From NCBI GenBank assembly GCA_024275415.1, contig JAJRZD010000082.1, forward strand, positions 1-32,000: DNA of 32,000 bases, given 5' to 3'. The stretch is from an archaeon. Its GTDB lineage: Archaea; Asgardarchaeota; Thorarchaeia; Thorarchaeales; Thorarchaeaceae. Numbering within the stretch: position 1 is the first letter of the stretch; the number at the start of each line of letters is the position of its first letter. A model generated the notes under the pieces. It searched no databases. It saw only the letters and a program-made list of their open reading frames with translations, and was not told the DNA's origin. The position numbers were made by a program, and so were the translations under genes. This document shows, piece after piece, positions 16,653-26,742 of this stretch.

Positions 16653-19600
16653 ATGACTGAGAAACAGTTTCACAAACCAATGCCCCATATCGAGATTGGA
16701 CATGGCATGGCACGAGGGAAACCATCAATCGAGCTTGGTATAGAGGTCGCAACCAGTGCGTTCGAAGATATCAAAGAACACCCTCTTGCAGTGGCGATGG
16801 TCCATATCAAAGGGACAGATGACACCGCAGACATCTTGCAGGGAATCATCTCTGTCTTTGGAGATGTTCCAATCATAGGGGCCACTTCTGCTGAGAAAAG
16901 CGATAACAGTGATGCGGAAGTAAGTGTCATCACCATCGCGTCACCCTTCATCAGTGTCACTATCGCTGTGGAGCCTATTGGCCAAAAGACATTAGGGGAT
17001 GCAGTCAAACGCATCATCAGCTCAGAGCAGTTCAAACCGTATTTTGGCGAAGACCGAGACGAGAAATGGAAAGAGATTGTAGGCATTGGAAAATCAGTCA
17101 TTGGGATGTTGCTCTATTCAGGAAAGACAGTAGGAACCGACAGGGAGTTAGAAAGGACATTAGGGATGCTTCGGCTTGTGTGTGACAGGAGAATTCCATT
17201 TGTCGGCGGTAAATCAATCTTCATCTCGGGAAAACAGGCAGGTAGTCTCATTGGGGGAGAGAAGACATTCACTGATTCGGTAATGGTGATTATTCTTGAA
17301 ACGCACCTCCGTGTGGGCATTGGGACATCGGACGGATTGACACCAAGTGGCATTACAACGGTCATTACGAAGGCGGATCAGAAAGAGGTACTAGAGCTTG
17401 ACGGGGTTTCCGCTGCAGAAAGATTAGTCATGCTAGGTCATCCTAACGCCAAGCTGGGAGTTGTTGATGAATTCAAGAACAGTAAGAACATCATTACAGA
17501 GGTGAATCCTGAAAGGGGCTCGTTAATAGTGTCCACTCCTTTGCCAGTGGGGACAATACTCACTGTTCTCTTTGAGGATGGCAACGACGTGCTGGAAGCC
17601 GGTCAGAATGCGTTCAGGAAAGCTATGATCAGAGGGAACATCGACAAGCCAGTATTTGGGGTGTTCTTCTCCAGTATATTCAGAACGATGGAATTGGCAC
17701 ATACGACATTTAATGAGATTGCCTCTCTCAGCCAGATTTGGCCCAATGCCGAGTTTGTTGGATTCGATACGGGTACTGAATTAGGGCTGACTGATGAAGG
17801 GGGTAATCGCGTGAACAAACGCACAATCTCAGTGCTTATCCTTGGGCAGAACCTCTCTTATGCTTCTGAAGTCGCAATCGAAAACAAGGAGCTTGTTGAA
17901 AGGATAAGGAAGGCAGAAGAGAGTCACCGAGCTCTCCTTGACCTGATGCCTGATTCGGTGATAGCGGCAGACACGTCGATGCGAATCACGTATTTTAATC
18001 CAAAAGCACAGGAGTTCCTCGGACACAAGAGGGAGGAGGTCATAGGCATAGCAGTTGACCAGATTCTTCAACCACGCCTGCGCTACGAGCTTGCAAATAT
18101 CGTGAACGAACTCATCGAGTCAGAAAGAGCAGAATCAAGGACTTTCGAAGAGGAGATCCTTCGCAGTGACAAGTCCATGATACCCGTGGAAATCACAGTA
18201 TCTCATAATCCTGCCCACGACAAGTATCGTTTCGTTATATCCATTCACGATATCACTGAGCACAAGGCGATCCAATCACTACTTGATAAAGAAAGGAGTG
18301 CGTACAAGACAATTGCCGAAGCTGCAATTGACGCTTCCTCAATCGAAGAGCTCTGCAATAGGACATTGAAAGGAATCATTGACACATTGGAATACGACAT
18401 CGGCTCTATCAGGCTGTTCAACTTGGAGGACTCAGGGTCGCACTTGATAACATCCATTGGCATGGGCAAGGAGGAGCTGAAACAGGTATTGCATGGTATC
18501 GTGCCTGATCCGGAGAACATGGCACTTTTTGCCCCTGACATCAGGAACATACAGGAGTCTCAAGGGAACATCCCAGAACTCGAAACGTTGGGGGTTCACT
18601 CACTTGTCATATCGCCACTGACAGGATCATCTGGTAATCTTCTAGGGATGCTTACTCTTGCATCTTTTACGCCAAAACAGGACACGATTGCATCAAGGTC
18701 ATTCTTCGAGATTCTTGCAGGAATGTTTGCTACAGTTATCGAACGTCGGATGACGCAAGCAGCACTACTAGAAAGCGAAACACGGGTCCGCACTGTACTA
18801 GACTCCATTAGAGACCTAATATTCGTTTACGATGAGAATGACAACTATGTAGAGTACTATTCTGGAAACTCTTCACTTCTTGTCCGACCTCCGGACGGAC
18901 TTGTTGGGAAACATATCGCTGAGGTATTACCACCTGATGTCGCCTCAAAACTGATACGAGCATTCAAGAAAGTAAGAGAAACGAAAAAGCCTGTTTCTGT
19001 AGACTATTCACTTGAGATACAAGGGATGACGAAGTGGTTCTCTTCAAGCATATCCCTGCATGAGGATGGAAGCAGTATCGTATCAGTGGCACGTGATATC
19101 ACAGCACGCAAAGTGGCTGAGCAGAATCTTGCAGTCCGGATGGAATACGAAAAGGCACTTGCGGATATCTCCCAACTCTTGCTCATGAATGATGACCTTT
19201 CCTCAGAGTCATTCAAGGACGCCCTTGCTATCCTCAGATTTGCGACCAAGGCTGATCGAGTCTACATCTTCGAGAATATGACAGATTCAGAAAAAGGGCT
19301 TTGTATGCGACTGCTCGCAGAAGACTCGGCGGAGAATATCCCTCAAGAAGGACGCGATTACGACCAGTATGTCACACCATACTCTGCTGGATACAGTAGA
19401 TGGGAGAGAGAACTCTCCAGAGGGAATGTGATCATGGGACAACCAAAAGAGTTCCCTGATGACGAGCAAAACAGACTTGAGATGCTGCAAATCAAATCCC
19501 TGCTGGTCTTTCCTCTATGGGTCAAGTCCAAGTGGCACGGGTTCATTGGCTTTGACGACACGACATCTGAGAGGGTTTGGTCAGAGAACGACGTACGCTT

Positions 19601-20306
19601 GCTACGAACGGCATCCGAGATCATCTCAACGCACATAGGAAGACTCGCCGTTGATGCTGAGCTACGATCCTCGCTAAGAGACCTCGAACTTTACTCTTCA
19701 ATCCTCAGACATGACTTTGCAAATGATGTGAATGTCATAATGAACCACATCGAGGCTGGCGAAATCCTTGGGATGACTGAAGAAAGGATCAAGGAGATCA
19801 TCGAGGTGACCAAGAACTGTACTGAACGTATGGCACAGGTCTTGACAGGGTTTACAGTCGAGAGAAGACAATCCACCTATCTGGTAAGCGAACTGCTAAA
19901 ATCCATTGTAGAGCACGGAAAACGTACCTATCCTAACATGAAGATCGACCTCCAGATGTCAGCGGAAGTAGAACGAAGCAGAGTGTCAGGAGGAAGACTG
20001 CTCCCTATGGTATTCTCCAATCTCCTGAGAAACTCCAATGATTACGCAGGAGAGGACTCGACTGTTACCATAGAGGCGCACACCTTGAAAGATGGCTCCA
20101 TAGAATTCATTGTGACCGACGATGGACCTGGAGTGTCAAAGGCCATCAAGGACCACTTGTTCCAAGCTGGTACATCCACATCAGGGGGAGGACTGGGGCT
20201 GTATCTGTCAAAGAAGGTTGTCGAAGGGTATGGCGGTACAATAGAATATGTGGAGAACAAACAGAGAGGTGCCCGGTTCAGGATAGTGATTCCAACTTCG
20301 AGTTGA
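16653..20306 (+). CDS. Sensor histidine kinase: FIST_N-FIST_C-PAS-GAF-PAS-GAF-HisKA-HATPase_c
   Basis: FIST motifs (PIIGATSA, GLTPSG...VLELDG, GFDTGTELG), two PAS-like and two GAF-like segments, H-box LRHDFAND, N-box NLLRNS, G1 DDGPG, G2 GGGLGLYL. No TM segment seen. Confidence 0.9.
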   Translation: MTEKQFHKPMPHIEIGHGMARGKPSIELGIEVATSAFEDIKEHPLAVAMVHIKGTDDTADILQGIISVFGDVPIIGATSAEKSDNSDAEVSVITIASPFISVTIAVEPIGQKTLGDAVKRIISSEQFKPYFGEDRDEKWKEIVGIGKSVIGMLLYSGKTVGTDRELERTLGMLRLVCDRRIPFVGGKSIFISGKQAGSLIGGEKTFTDSVMVIILETHLRVGIGTSDGLTPSGITTVITKADQKEVLELDGVSAAERLVMLGHPNAKLGVVDEFKNSKNIITEVNPERGSLIVSTPLPVGTILTVLFEDGNDVLEAGQNAFRKAMIRGNIDKPVFGVFFSSIFRTMELAHTTFNEIASLSQIWPNAEFVGFDTGTELGLTDEGGNRVNKRTISVLILGQNLSYASEVAIENKELVERIRKAEESHRALLDLMPDSVIAADTSMRITYFNPKAQEFLGHKREEVIGIAVDQILQPRLRYELANIVNELIESERAESRTFEEEILRSDKSMIPVEITVSHNPAHDKYRFVISIHDITEHKAIQSLLDKERSAYKTIAEAAIDASSIEELCNRTLKGIIDTLEYDIGSIRLFNLEDSGSHLITSIGMGKEELKQVLHGIVPDPENMALFAPDIRNIQESQGNIPELETLGVHSLVISPLTGSSGNLLGMLTLASFTPKQDTIASRSFFEILAGMFATVIERRMTQAALLESETRVRTVLDSIRDLIFVYDENDNYVEYYSGNSSLLVRPPDGLVGKHIAEVLPPDVASKLIRAFKKVRETKKPVSVDYSLEIQGMTKWFSSSISLHEDGSSIVSVARDITARKVAEQNLAVRMEYEKALADISQLLLMNDDLSSESFKDALAILRFATKADRVYIFENMTDSEKGLCMRLLAEDSAENIPQEGRDYDQYVTPYSAGYSRWERELSRGNVIMGQPKEFPDDEQNRLEMLQIKSLLVFPLWVKSKWHGFIGFDDTTSERVWSENDVRLLRTASEIISTHIGRLAVDAELRSSLRDLELYSSILRHDFANDVNVIMNHIEAGEILGMTEERIKEIIEVTKNCTERMAQVLTGFTVERRQSTYLVSELLKSIVEHGKRTYPNMKIDLQMSAEVERSRVSGGRLLPMVFSNLLRNSNDYAGEDSTVTIEAHTLKDGSIEFIVTDDGPGVSKAIKDHLFQAGTSTSGGGLGLYLSKKVVEGYGGTIEYVENKQRGARFRIVIPTSS

Positions 20307-20317
20307 TGGAGGGTATA

Positions 20318-20653
20318 TCAGTCTGTTTCGTCCGTGTCCATGTCTTTATCTTTCTCAGTCCATATATGCCTCGGGGATGCTACCTCTCTGATTAGAAACG
20401 GACCGCGTTTCCCGACATGGAGTCCACGTGTACAGACAATCCCTTTCCCCCGATCATTCTTCCCAAGCAGAGATACGACCTGTTCGGTATGTGGCTTGAA
20501 CGACCCGTATGTGCGATAAGCGTCCCTCATCTCTTCTGAAGTGGCAAGTTTCCCGTGTCCTTTCAGGGAGTGAGAACTCTTTGCAGCTATCTCTAACAGG
20601 TCAAACGCTGTAAGATGTTCATGGGAGGTATTACGGACTAAGTACCATTTCAT
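20318..20653 (-). CDS. Hypothetical protein
   Basis: 111-aa ORF filling the gap between two plus-strand genes; ATG start. No family recognised. Confidence 0.55.
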   Translation of the reverse strand: MKWYLVRNTSHEHLTAFDLLEIAAKSSHSLKGHGKLATSEEMRDAYRTYGSFKPHTEQVVSLLGKNDRGKGIVCTRGLHVGKRGPFLIREVASPRHIWTEKDKDMDTDETD

Positions 20654-20746
20654 GCGATTATCACGACTCAGCTGACACCAGACTTCATAAGCGATAAAAA
20701 GATGTCCGGTGAGGAAACCTATTGGATTCTTACGATGTGATTAGAA

Positions 20747-22111
20747 TTGCCAAGAGTGCCAGTAGTTGCATACCGTGCAAAGAAACCAGAGGTATTCTTG
20801 TTTGAAGAATCGATACAAAAGGTATCGCTGAGCGGTCTAGACATCGACTCGATCGACCTTTCAGAAGTGTCGCACATTCCAAGACTACAGCATTTGGACT
20901 TGAGCCGGAATGCCCTGACAGAGATTGATCTCAAGCCATTGGAGAGAATCCTCGAGCTTGAGTCACTGGATCTCTCTCATAACAGCATCACCAAGATCAA
21001 CCTGTCGCCGCTCAAACGCTGTAGGAAGCTCTCATGGTTGAGCCTTTCAGCAAATCGACTCGAAAATATCGACCTGTCGCCCCTTCGAGCATGTAATGAG
21101 CTTGAGTACCTCTTTCTTGCTGGGAACAAGTTTGAAACCCTTGACTTGCGTCCAATCTCGATCAGTCAAAAGCTACGAGAGATTAGTCTGACCACTGGGG
21201 ATGAACCAGGGTTCAGAACCATCGAAACTGCACTGGATCTGAGACCTCTGGCAAGGTTGAAACGGCTCAAGAAGGTACACATAGACAGGCGTACCATTGC
21301 CACATTGGGGCTTACTCAGACGGTCGTACGACCCGAGTCAAAGGGGGTCACTGATTTGCTTACCAAGGAGAATATGGTGACCCTAGAAAAATATGTGAGG
21401 CATGTACTGGAGAAACATGGCATCGTAGAAGGCATCGAGCTAATTGAGAGAGAGGTAGAACGTCTCCCGACTCCGTATTGGTATGAAATACGAAAGGAAA
21501 TCTTCCGGTTGCTAGGACTGGAAGCAATTGCAGGGTATGGGGGGAGCATAGCAAAAACCGTCAGAGATGTGTTTAGCCCAGACGAGGACTGGATAGACCT
21601 CACCATTGCAAAGGTCGCTGATGAAATTTCGAATGGGGCTACTACAATCCTTTTTGATATTAATGCCATATCTATGGACTTGCCCAGTCACGGAAAGCTC
21701 AGGTCTGCGATATTAGAGAGCCGAACTAATGAGATTCGCAAGGGACAGGTGTATGTGTGCGAGACCTGTGCAGACTATAGAGAAATCTGGTATACTGCAT
21801 GGGGCTTTCAGGTACTCAAAGAGGGCGGATACTGGTTCTTTGGCAACAGTGGCAAACAACTGATAGACCTGCGTGACCGGTTGCGCGAGCTTGGGTTTGG
21901 GCTTACGTTCATCTCAGTAAAACTCAGGGACAAGTGGCCGGGACCGAGGAATGAACCGAGCAAGAGAATCAGACAACTGATACTGGGTTATGTCGACCTG
22001 ACAGCAAAACAGGCCCTGAAGAAGAAGGCCATGCGATGCATCATGAAGTCAACCTTCCATCCGCTTCAGATCGAGTTGGAGAAAATAATGAACGATATCT
22101 ATGGAGGATAG
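20747..22111 (+). CDS. LRR protein (~6 x 24-aa repeats) with a C-terminal non-LRR domain
   Basis: IDLxPL-type repeats over aa ~25-185, followed by ~270 aa of unrecognised, mostly helical sequence with REIWYTAWGFQVL. Confidence 0.88.
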   Translation: MPRVPVVAYRAKKPEVFLFEESIQKVSLSGLDIDSIDLSEVSHIPRLQHLDLSRNALTEIDLKPLERILELESLDLSHNSITKINLSPLKRCRKLSWLSLSANRLENIDLSPLRACNELEYLFLAGNKFETLDLRPISISQKLREISLTTGDEPGFRTIETALDLRPLARLKRLKKVHIDRRTIATLGLTQTVVRPESKGVTDLLTKENMVTLEKYVRHVLEKHGIVEGIELIEREVERLPTPYWYEIRKEIFRLLGLEAIAGYGGSIAKTVRDVFSPDEDWIDLTIAKVADEISNGATTILFDINAISMDLPSHGKLRSAILESRTNEIRKGQVYVCETCADYREIWYTAWGFQVLKEGGYWFFGNSGKQLIDLRDRLRELGFGLTFISVKLRDKWPGPRNEPSKRIRQLILGYVDLTAKQALKKKAMRCIMKSTFHPLQIELEKIMNDIYGG

Positions 22112-22114
22112 AAG

Positions 22115-23443
22115 ATGGCACGGAAATTAGGTCTTGAAACCCATACTCGGGAAGTGGCAAAGAGGATCAGGGGATGTTCTGATGTGGACGACCTTGCATT
22201 TCTACTCGAAGGGCTTGACCCTATAGATGTCACTGCATCAGAGGACGTCCGCAATGCCCTTATTGAGAAAGCAAAGATGCTGTTCTGCATACTCAGAAGG
22301 AGGCGGTTAGAGGGGAGAGCTCCACCACCGATGAGCTGGATAGTCACGTTCCCAGAGTTCCTTTCGGATAACATAGTGCAGAACGAGATGCGGAGGCTTG
22401 GACACTTGGAGGAGATATTCTCGGAGTTTGCGAGAGCCTTGGATTCTACAGAGCAAGGCGATGAGACAAGGGAAACCATCAAGACCCTTATCGGAACGCC
22501 ACATCTTGCAGACTATGCATGGAATGAGATATTCAAATCCTCTCTAGCTGGGGTCGTCAATCTCATCGCCACATCGTCAGAACCTCTCAGGGACATAGCG
22601 TTGGTCTTAGAGATTGGTACGGCCTTGAGGAACCCTGCGATTGTGGAAGAGATCAACAGACATACGGACGCCCTAATGACTGCGATAGCAGGCAGGAAAA
22701 ACCCAGTTCTAGCGCGAGTCCTCCTAGGAGCCACATCGCTGTTGGCAGAAAGTCCGTGGTCTATAGCCACTGAGTCCGAGCGACAAGCTTCTGGATTAGA
22801 CGAGGCGTTACTCCAGACCATCATTGGTCGTTATTCGAAGAGTATTCCATCCAAGGAGCAGCTACTTGAAAAAGCAGACAAATCATATCAAGAATGCGTC
22901 GTGCTGATTGAAGACATGATATTCAGGATGGGGTGGGTGTTTACTCGGCAATACTTGTTTCACATGGCACAGACCCATGATGTAGCAACAGGCATGCTGT
23001 TCCCAATCGCTCTTTCACAGGATCCTTTGGGTCGAATTCGTCCAGAGTATGTGCTATACTGTCTAAACAGGGACATTCCACTACCCTATCAAATCCTACA
23101 GTCCGCCCTAGGAGTCGCAAGCGAGTATGTCCTCGACATAGATATCATAGAACACGAGATAGGTCTCAGTCAGTTTGAAGCCGATTGTCCCGACATATAC
23201 CGCCTTCTTAAACCCAACATGTTCAAGGAGCATCACCTCATCAACAGCAGAACGGGATTGAGACTCGACGAAACATATCTGGGCGTGAGAGGGATTGTAC
23301 GTTTATTGTTGCAGCGGGACGAGGACTCGATCCGGAAAATAGGCTTACAGTTCCTTGAAGGCATGGTTCAGTCCCCCAACATCCCGACCGGTCTGAAAAA
23401 GCGTGCGATACATAATTATAGACTAGCTTCTCGCGCTGGCTAA
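22115..23443 (+). CDS. Hypothetical, largely alpha-helical protein
   Basis: 442-aa ORF starting 3 nt after the LRR gene stop. No motif recognised. Confidence 0.75.
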   Translation: MARKLGLETHTREVAKRIRGCSDVDDLAFLLEGLDPIDVTASEDVRNALIEKAKMLFCILRRRRLEGRAPPPMSWIVTFPEFLSDNIVQNEMRRLGHLEEIFSEFARALDSTEQGDETRETIKTLIGTPHLADYAWNEIFKSSLAGVVNLIATSSEPLRDIALVLEIGTALRNPAIVEEINRHTDALMTAIAGRKNPVLARVLLGATSLLAESPWSIATESERQASGLDEALLQTIIGRYSKSIPSKEQLLEKADKSYQECVVLIEDMIFRMGWVFTRQYLFHMAQTHDVATGMLFPIALSQDPLGRIRPEYVLYCLNRDIPLPYQILQSALGVASEYVLDIDIIEHEIGLSQFEADCPDIYRLLKPNMFKEHHLINSRTGLRLDETYLGVRGIVRLLLQRDEDSIRKIGLQFLEGMVQSPNIPTGLKKRAIHNYRLASRAG

Positions 23444-23509
23444 GTGCATCCATTACAATAGTCTTAAGTAATATAGAAACCGAAGTATCACGATTGTCTG
23501 GGGTGAAGA

Positions 23510-23989
23510 ATGTTGGACAAAGGCGAAGTATTGGAATTCATCGAGAAGCAAATCGCGCTCGAATTGAGAATCATCAAGGTCGTTGAGGAGAATGTGGCAA
23601 AGCTTGGGAACGCTTTCATAAAGGACCTGTTACTTGGGGTCTCTCAGGACTCGAAGAAACATGCCGCTCTGCTCGAGTCACTCAAGAGGGCCGTAGAAGG
23701 TCCTACACCGTTCATTAGCACCGAGGAACGAGATAAGATCGCAAAAGGAATCCAGACACATATCGACCTTGAAGCTAAAGCAATCGAGACCTATGGCGAG
23801 CTCATAGAAAAGAGTGATAGCGAACAGGTAAAGACAATTGCATCCATGATCCGTGAGGACGAACTCCGACACCACGCACTGTTAAAGGAACTACACAAGA
23901 CAGTGATTGAACCCGAGGCATTGACTGAAGACATGATATGGGACATGATGTGGAAGGACTCTCCATGGCATGGTAGCCCAGGAGGATGA
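23510..23989 (+). CDS. Ferritin-like/rubrerythrin-type four-helix bundle protein
   Basis: Two repeated halves with ExxH-type di-iron ligands (QDSKKH, EDELRHH) and ALE/DLE glutamates. Confidence 0.8.
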   Translation: MLDKGEVLEFIEKQIALELRIIKVVEENVAKLGNAFIKDLLLGVSQDSKKHAALLESLKRAVEGPTPFISTEERDKIAKGIQTHIDLEAKAIETYGELIEKSDSEQVKTIASMIREDELRHHALLKELHKTVIEPEALTEDMIWDMMWKDSPWHGSPGG

Positions 23990-24034
23990 CTGACGACTGG
24001 AGAGTATCGGTTCTCTGGAAAGTGACTCAGTCCG

Positions 24035-24574
24035 TCACACATAATCCTCGCAAATCTTCTTGAACTTGTAGTCCAGTTGTTCTATGCCAATTCCCGTCTT
24101 GGCAGAGATCATGACAGACTCAGTGCCGAAACGGTCTACAAAATGCTGCATCTCAGATTCAAGCATTGAAAGGTCACCTCGTAGAAGATCGATCTTGTTT
24201 GCGACAAGGATTAATCTCTTGCCATCACCACTTTTGAAGTCGAAGTCCCCATATTCCTCGGCAAGAGGAACCCAATAGTTATACAGGCTATCTAGGGTGG
24301 GAAGATATGAAGCATCAAAGAAGAATAGTCCTATCTTGGCGCCCAGTACCATCGATTTGAGAGATTCAATGAACCGTCGCTGACCACCAAAATCCCAGAT
24401 GCTCAACGTGACCTCTTTTCCATTAGAGAGGACTGTTTGAAGGGTATCAAATGATGCGCCTATCGTGGTCTTCAGCACTTCAGGCTCGGGGAATGTGCCC
24501 TGCGTCCACCGTTTCGTGAAACTTGTCTTCCCCACCTCCGAATCACCAAGCACAACCGCCTTCAGGATCGACAT
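24035..24574 (-). CDS. Rab-like small GTPase, cassette copy 1
   Basis: G1 GDSEVGKTS, G2 KTTIG, G3 WDFGGQ, G4 NKID, G5 ISAK. Start ATG 24574 aligns with its paralog; an in-frame TTG at 24622 is an alternative. Confidence 0.95.
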   Translation of the reverse strand: MSILKAVVLGDSEVGKTSFTKRWTQGTFPEPEVLKTTIGASFDTLQTVLSNGKEVTLSIWDFGGQRRFIESLKSMVLGAKIGLFFFDASYLPTLDSLYNYWVPLAEEYGDFDFKSGDGKRLILVANKIDLLRGDLSMLESEMQHFVDRFGTESVMISAKTGIGIEQLDYKFKKICEDYV

Positions 24575-24618
24575 ATCAACACCACACTCACATGATATTA
24601 CAACAAGAACACCGCAAA

Positions 24619-25989
24619 TCAACTTTCCGCGAAGGGATTGCGCCTAGGGCTGCTCAGGACTAGGAAAACGCCTGCTGTAGCCAGCAAGGGAACAAGAAAA
24701 TCGATTGGGATTTGATCTGCAAACATCGCTACAATGCCAAGGTATAATGCTGCGAACATGAAAAGGACAAATCGCACTGCTGCACGACCTGAACCCGCAT
24801 TCCAGAGCTGATAAGAAATCCTGAAGAACACTAGGAACGCGACGACCAAAAGAGCCATCACACCCAGATAGAGGGGGTCAAGCTCCCATCTCTGGATGAG
24901 GACACCGTCCACTTCGAGCCAACGTACATATGGATGACCAAGGGTGAGAAGAATCATAGCGAAGGCAAGAATGACCTCACGGGATGCGTGACGCACGTTT
25001 GAAGAAAAGCTGGACGCGATTGCTGCCATTGTGAAGGAGCTGACTGCAAATATACCAAAAACCCAATCGACATACAGGATATTTTCATCCCAATAACCTA
25101 TTGGGCTGTTAGCGATTGCAAAGTTATTCCCATGGATCAGGGCGAGGATACCGATTGCTATCAATGAGAGAGATATGTACAGCGCCGTGGCAGTTCTCGT
25201 TTCCACCGCCTGTTTTAGGAAGAACGAGAGAGGAAGCAATAGACAAAGCAAAGTGAAGGTCAAAGCCACCGTGAATGCAAAGACAATAGTATTGCCAGTA
25301 ATGAACGCCGGGATGAACAGTGATGGCCCAACAGTGACGACCAATGCGAAAAACGAGTTTGTTATGATATTACGCCAATGACGCAGCATAGATGCAAGTA
25401 CGCCTGCCGAGATTGTGGCGGGGAGTACCTGAATAGCGAAATACTGAGGCGTTTCTGAAACAAGTCCAAGGCTAGCCGTCATGCTGGCAAAAGTCGTCAC
25501 AATCAAAACAATCATCATTGAAACGGTAAACGGTGATGGGGATTCCTTGAGTACATATAACCCACCAAGAAGTGACACAACAAGAAATGTTGCCATGATG
25601 CCGATTATCAAAGCTGATGGTAAGAAGGCAAACCCAAAGGAAACGCTGAGGATGCCATCAAGAAAGACAGTTGCCACCGTGATCCCGATGAACGCCGTTG
25701 CTATCTGAACCTTGCGTATGCTTTCAACGGTAAGGTAAATCTGTGATATGACCATGGATGCCAACAGCGAAACAACGAAAAGACGGCTGAAGGTAGGGAT
25801 GTTTACCCCTGAAACTGGGACTAGCACTAGAAAAAACGCGGCAAGTCCAAACGCTGCGAGAGACCTGTAGGTCGCAATCGTTAGGTCTGAAGATATTTTT
25901 CGGAGTCTTCGGTAATATATGCCAATAGAGAACAGTAGAACCGAAGATGATATGTAACCCGATACGAGTACTGACAGTGCAAAATCCAT
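24619..25989 (-). CDS. Polytopic membrane protein (~15 TM), cassette copy 1
   Basis: 456 aa, almost entirely hydrophobic helices with short loops; paralog of 27307-28743. Confidence 0.85.
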   Translation of the reverse strand: MDFALSVLVSGYISSSVLLFSIGIYYRRLRKISSDLTIATYRSLAAFGLAAFFLVLVPVSGVNIPTFSRLFVVSLLASMVISQIYLTVESIRKVQIATAFIGITVATVFLDGILSVSFGFAFLPSALIIGIMATFLVVSLLGGLYVLKESPSPFTVSMMIVLIVTTFASMTASLGLVSETPQYFAIQVLPATISAGVLASMLRHWRNIITNSFFALVVTVGPSLFIPAFITGNTIVFAFTVALTFTLLCLLLPLSFFLKQAVETRTATALYISLSLIAIGILALIHGNNFAIANSPIGYWDENILYVDWVFGIFAVSSFTMAAIASSFSSNVRHASREVILAFAMILLTLGHPYVRWLEVDGVLIQRWELDPLYLGVMALLVVAFLVFFRISYQLWNAGSGRAAVRFVLFMFAALYLGIVAMFADQIPIDFLVPLLATAGVFLVLSSPRRNPFAES

Positions 25990-25995
25990 TCTAAC

Positions 25996-26367
25996 TTACC
26001 TCCACAGATCCCCTATCTCTTTGCCCCTTGAGTGAATGATTTTGTGTAGCTTCTTGGCAATCTCTTCATGAGATGCGTCCATAGATGATAGTACTGCCTT
26101 CAATGCATCACTTGTTTCAGCCTCGCTATCGCCCTCACATATGATAACCGTCTTCTCCTGCTTGCAGTACCCAATCACGCCACGTTCCGACTTCATAAAG
26201 CGAGGGGTTTCTGTATTTGCATCTCCTGAACGATCTAGGGCAGCAGACACACGCTGCACGATTCCTGTTAGTAGCGCGATGCGCTCCTCATCTCCACCAC
26301 CAAGGGGGTACAGGATAACTGGTTCAAGTGTCGCAAGAGGTACCTTTGCCACTAGTGTCACAGCCAT
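25996..26367 (-). CDS. Longin-like domain protein, cassette copy 1
   Basis: 123 aa with a by-eye pattern beta-beta-alpha(ALLTGIVQ)-beta-beta-beta-alpha-alpha; paralog of 28756-29130. The fold is inferred, not searched. Confidence 0.6.
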   Translation of the reverse strand: MAVTLVAKVPLATLEPVILYPLGGGDEERIALLTGIVQRVSAALDRSGDANTETPRFMKSERGVIGYCKQEKTVIICEGDSEAETSDALKAVLSSMDASHEEIAKKLHKIIHSRGKEIGDLWR

Positions 26368-26376
26368 TTACATCCC

Positions 26377-26658
26377 TCATCCAAAAACATCACGTACCCA
26401 ATCGAGCTCGCCGGAGAGCTTTTTGGGCTTCTCTTCTTTCCCTGCCGTACCCATTGGAACAGCAACATCTCTAACTCCCAACTCGCCATCACGAAAGTAG
26501 AGCGTGACAAGAAGTTCATGTCCGTTATCACAGGTCGTAAGAAGTGTCGGTGATCTCCCACGATCCTTAATCGTCTTCTTCACTGAGTCCATATCTTCGC
26601 TGTTCAGGTCGATTATAGCGCTGGAGTTGCATTCAGGACAGGAAATCACTATCTGCAT
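26377..26658 (-). CDS. Small Zn-ribbon protein (CxxC...CxxxH), cassette copy 1
   Basis: CPEC...CDNGH. Start ATG 26658 aligns with the paralog at 29130-29420. Confidence 0.8.
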   Translation of the reverse strand: MQIVISCPECNSSAIIDLNSEDMDSVKKTIKDRGRSPTLLTTCDNGHELLVTLYFRDGELGVRDVAVPMGTAGKEEKPKKLSGELDWVRDVFG

Positions 26659-26742
26659 CGTTAGGACATTCCCAGTTGTGGGTTTTAAGGTCAATTGAAC
26701 AATGTCAATTGAAGCCAACTGGGTTCCGTGTATATATAGACC

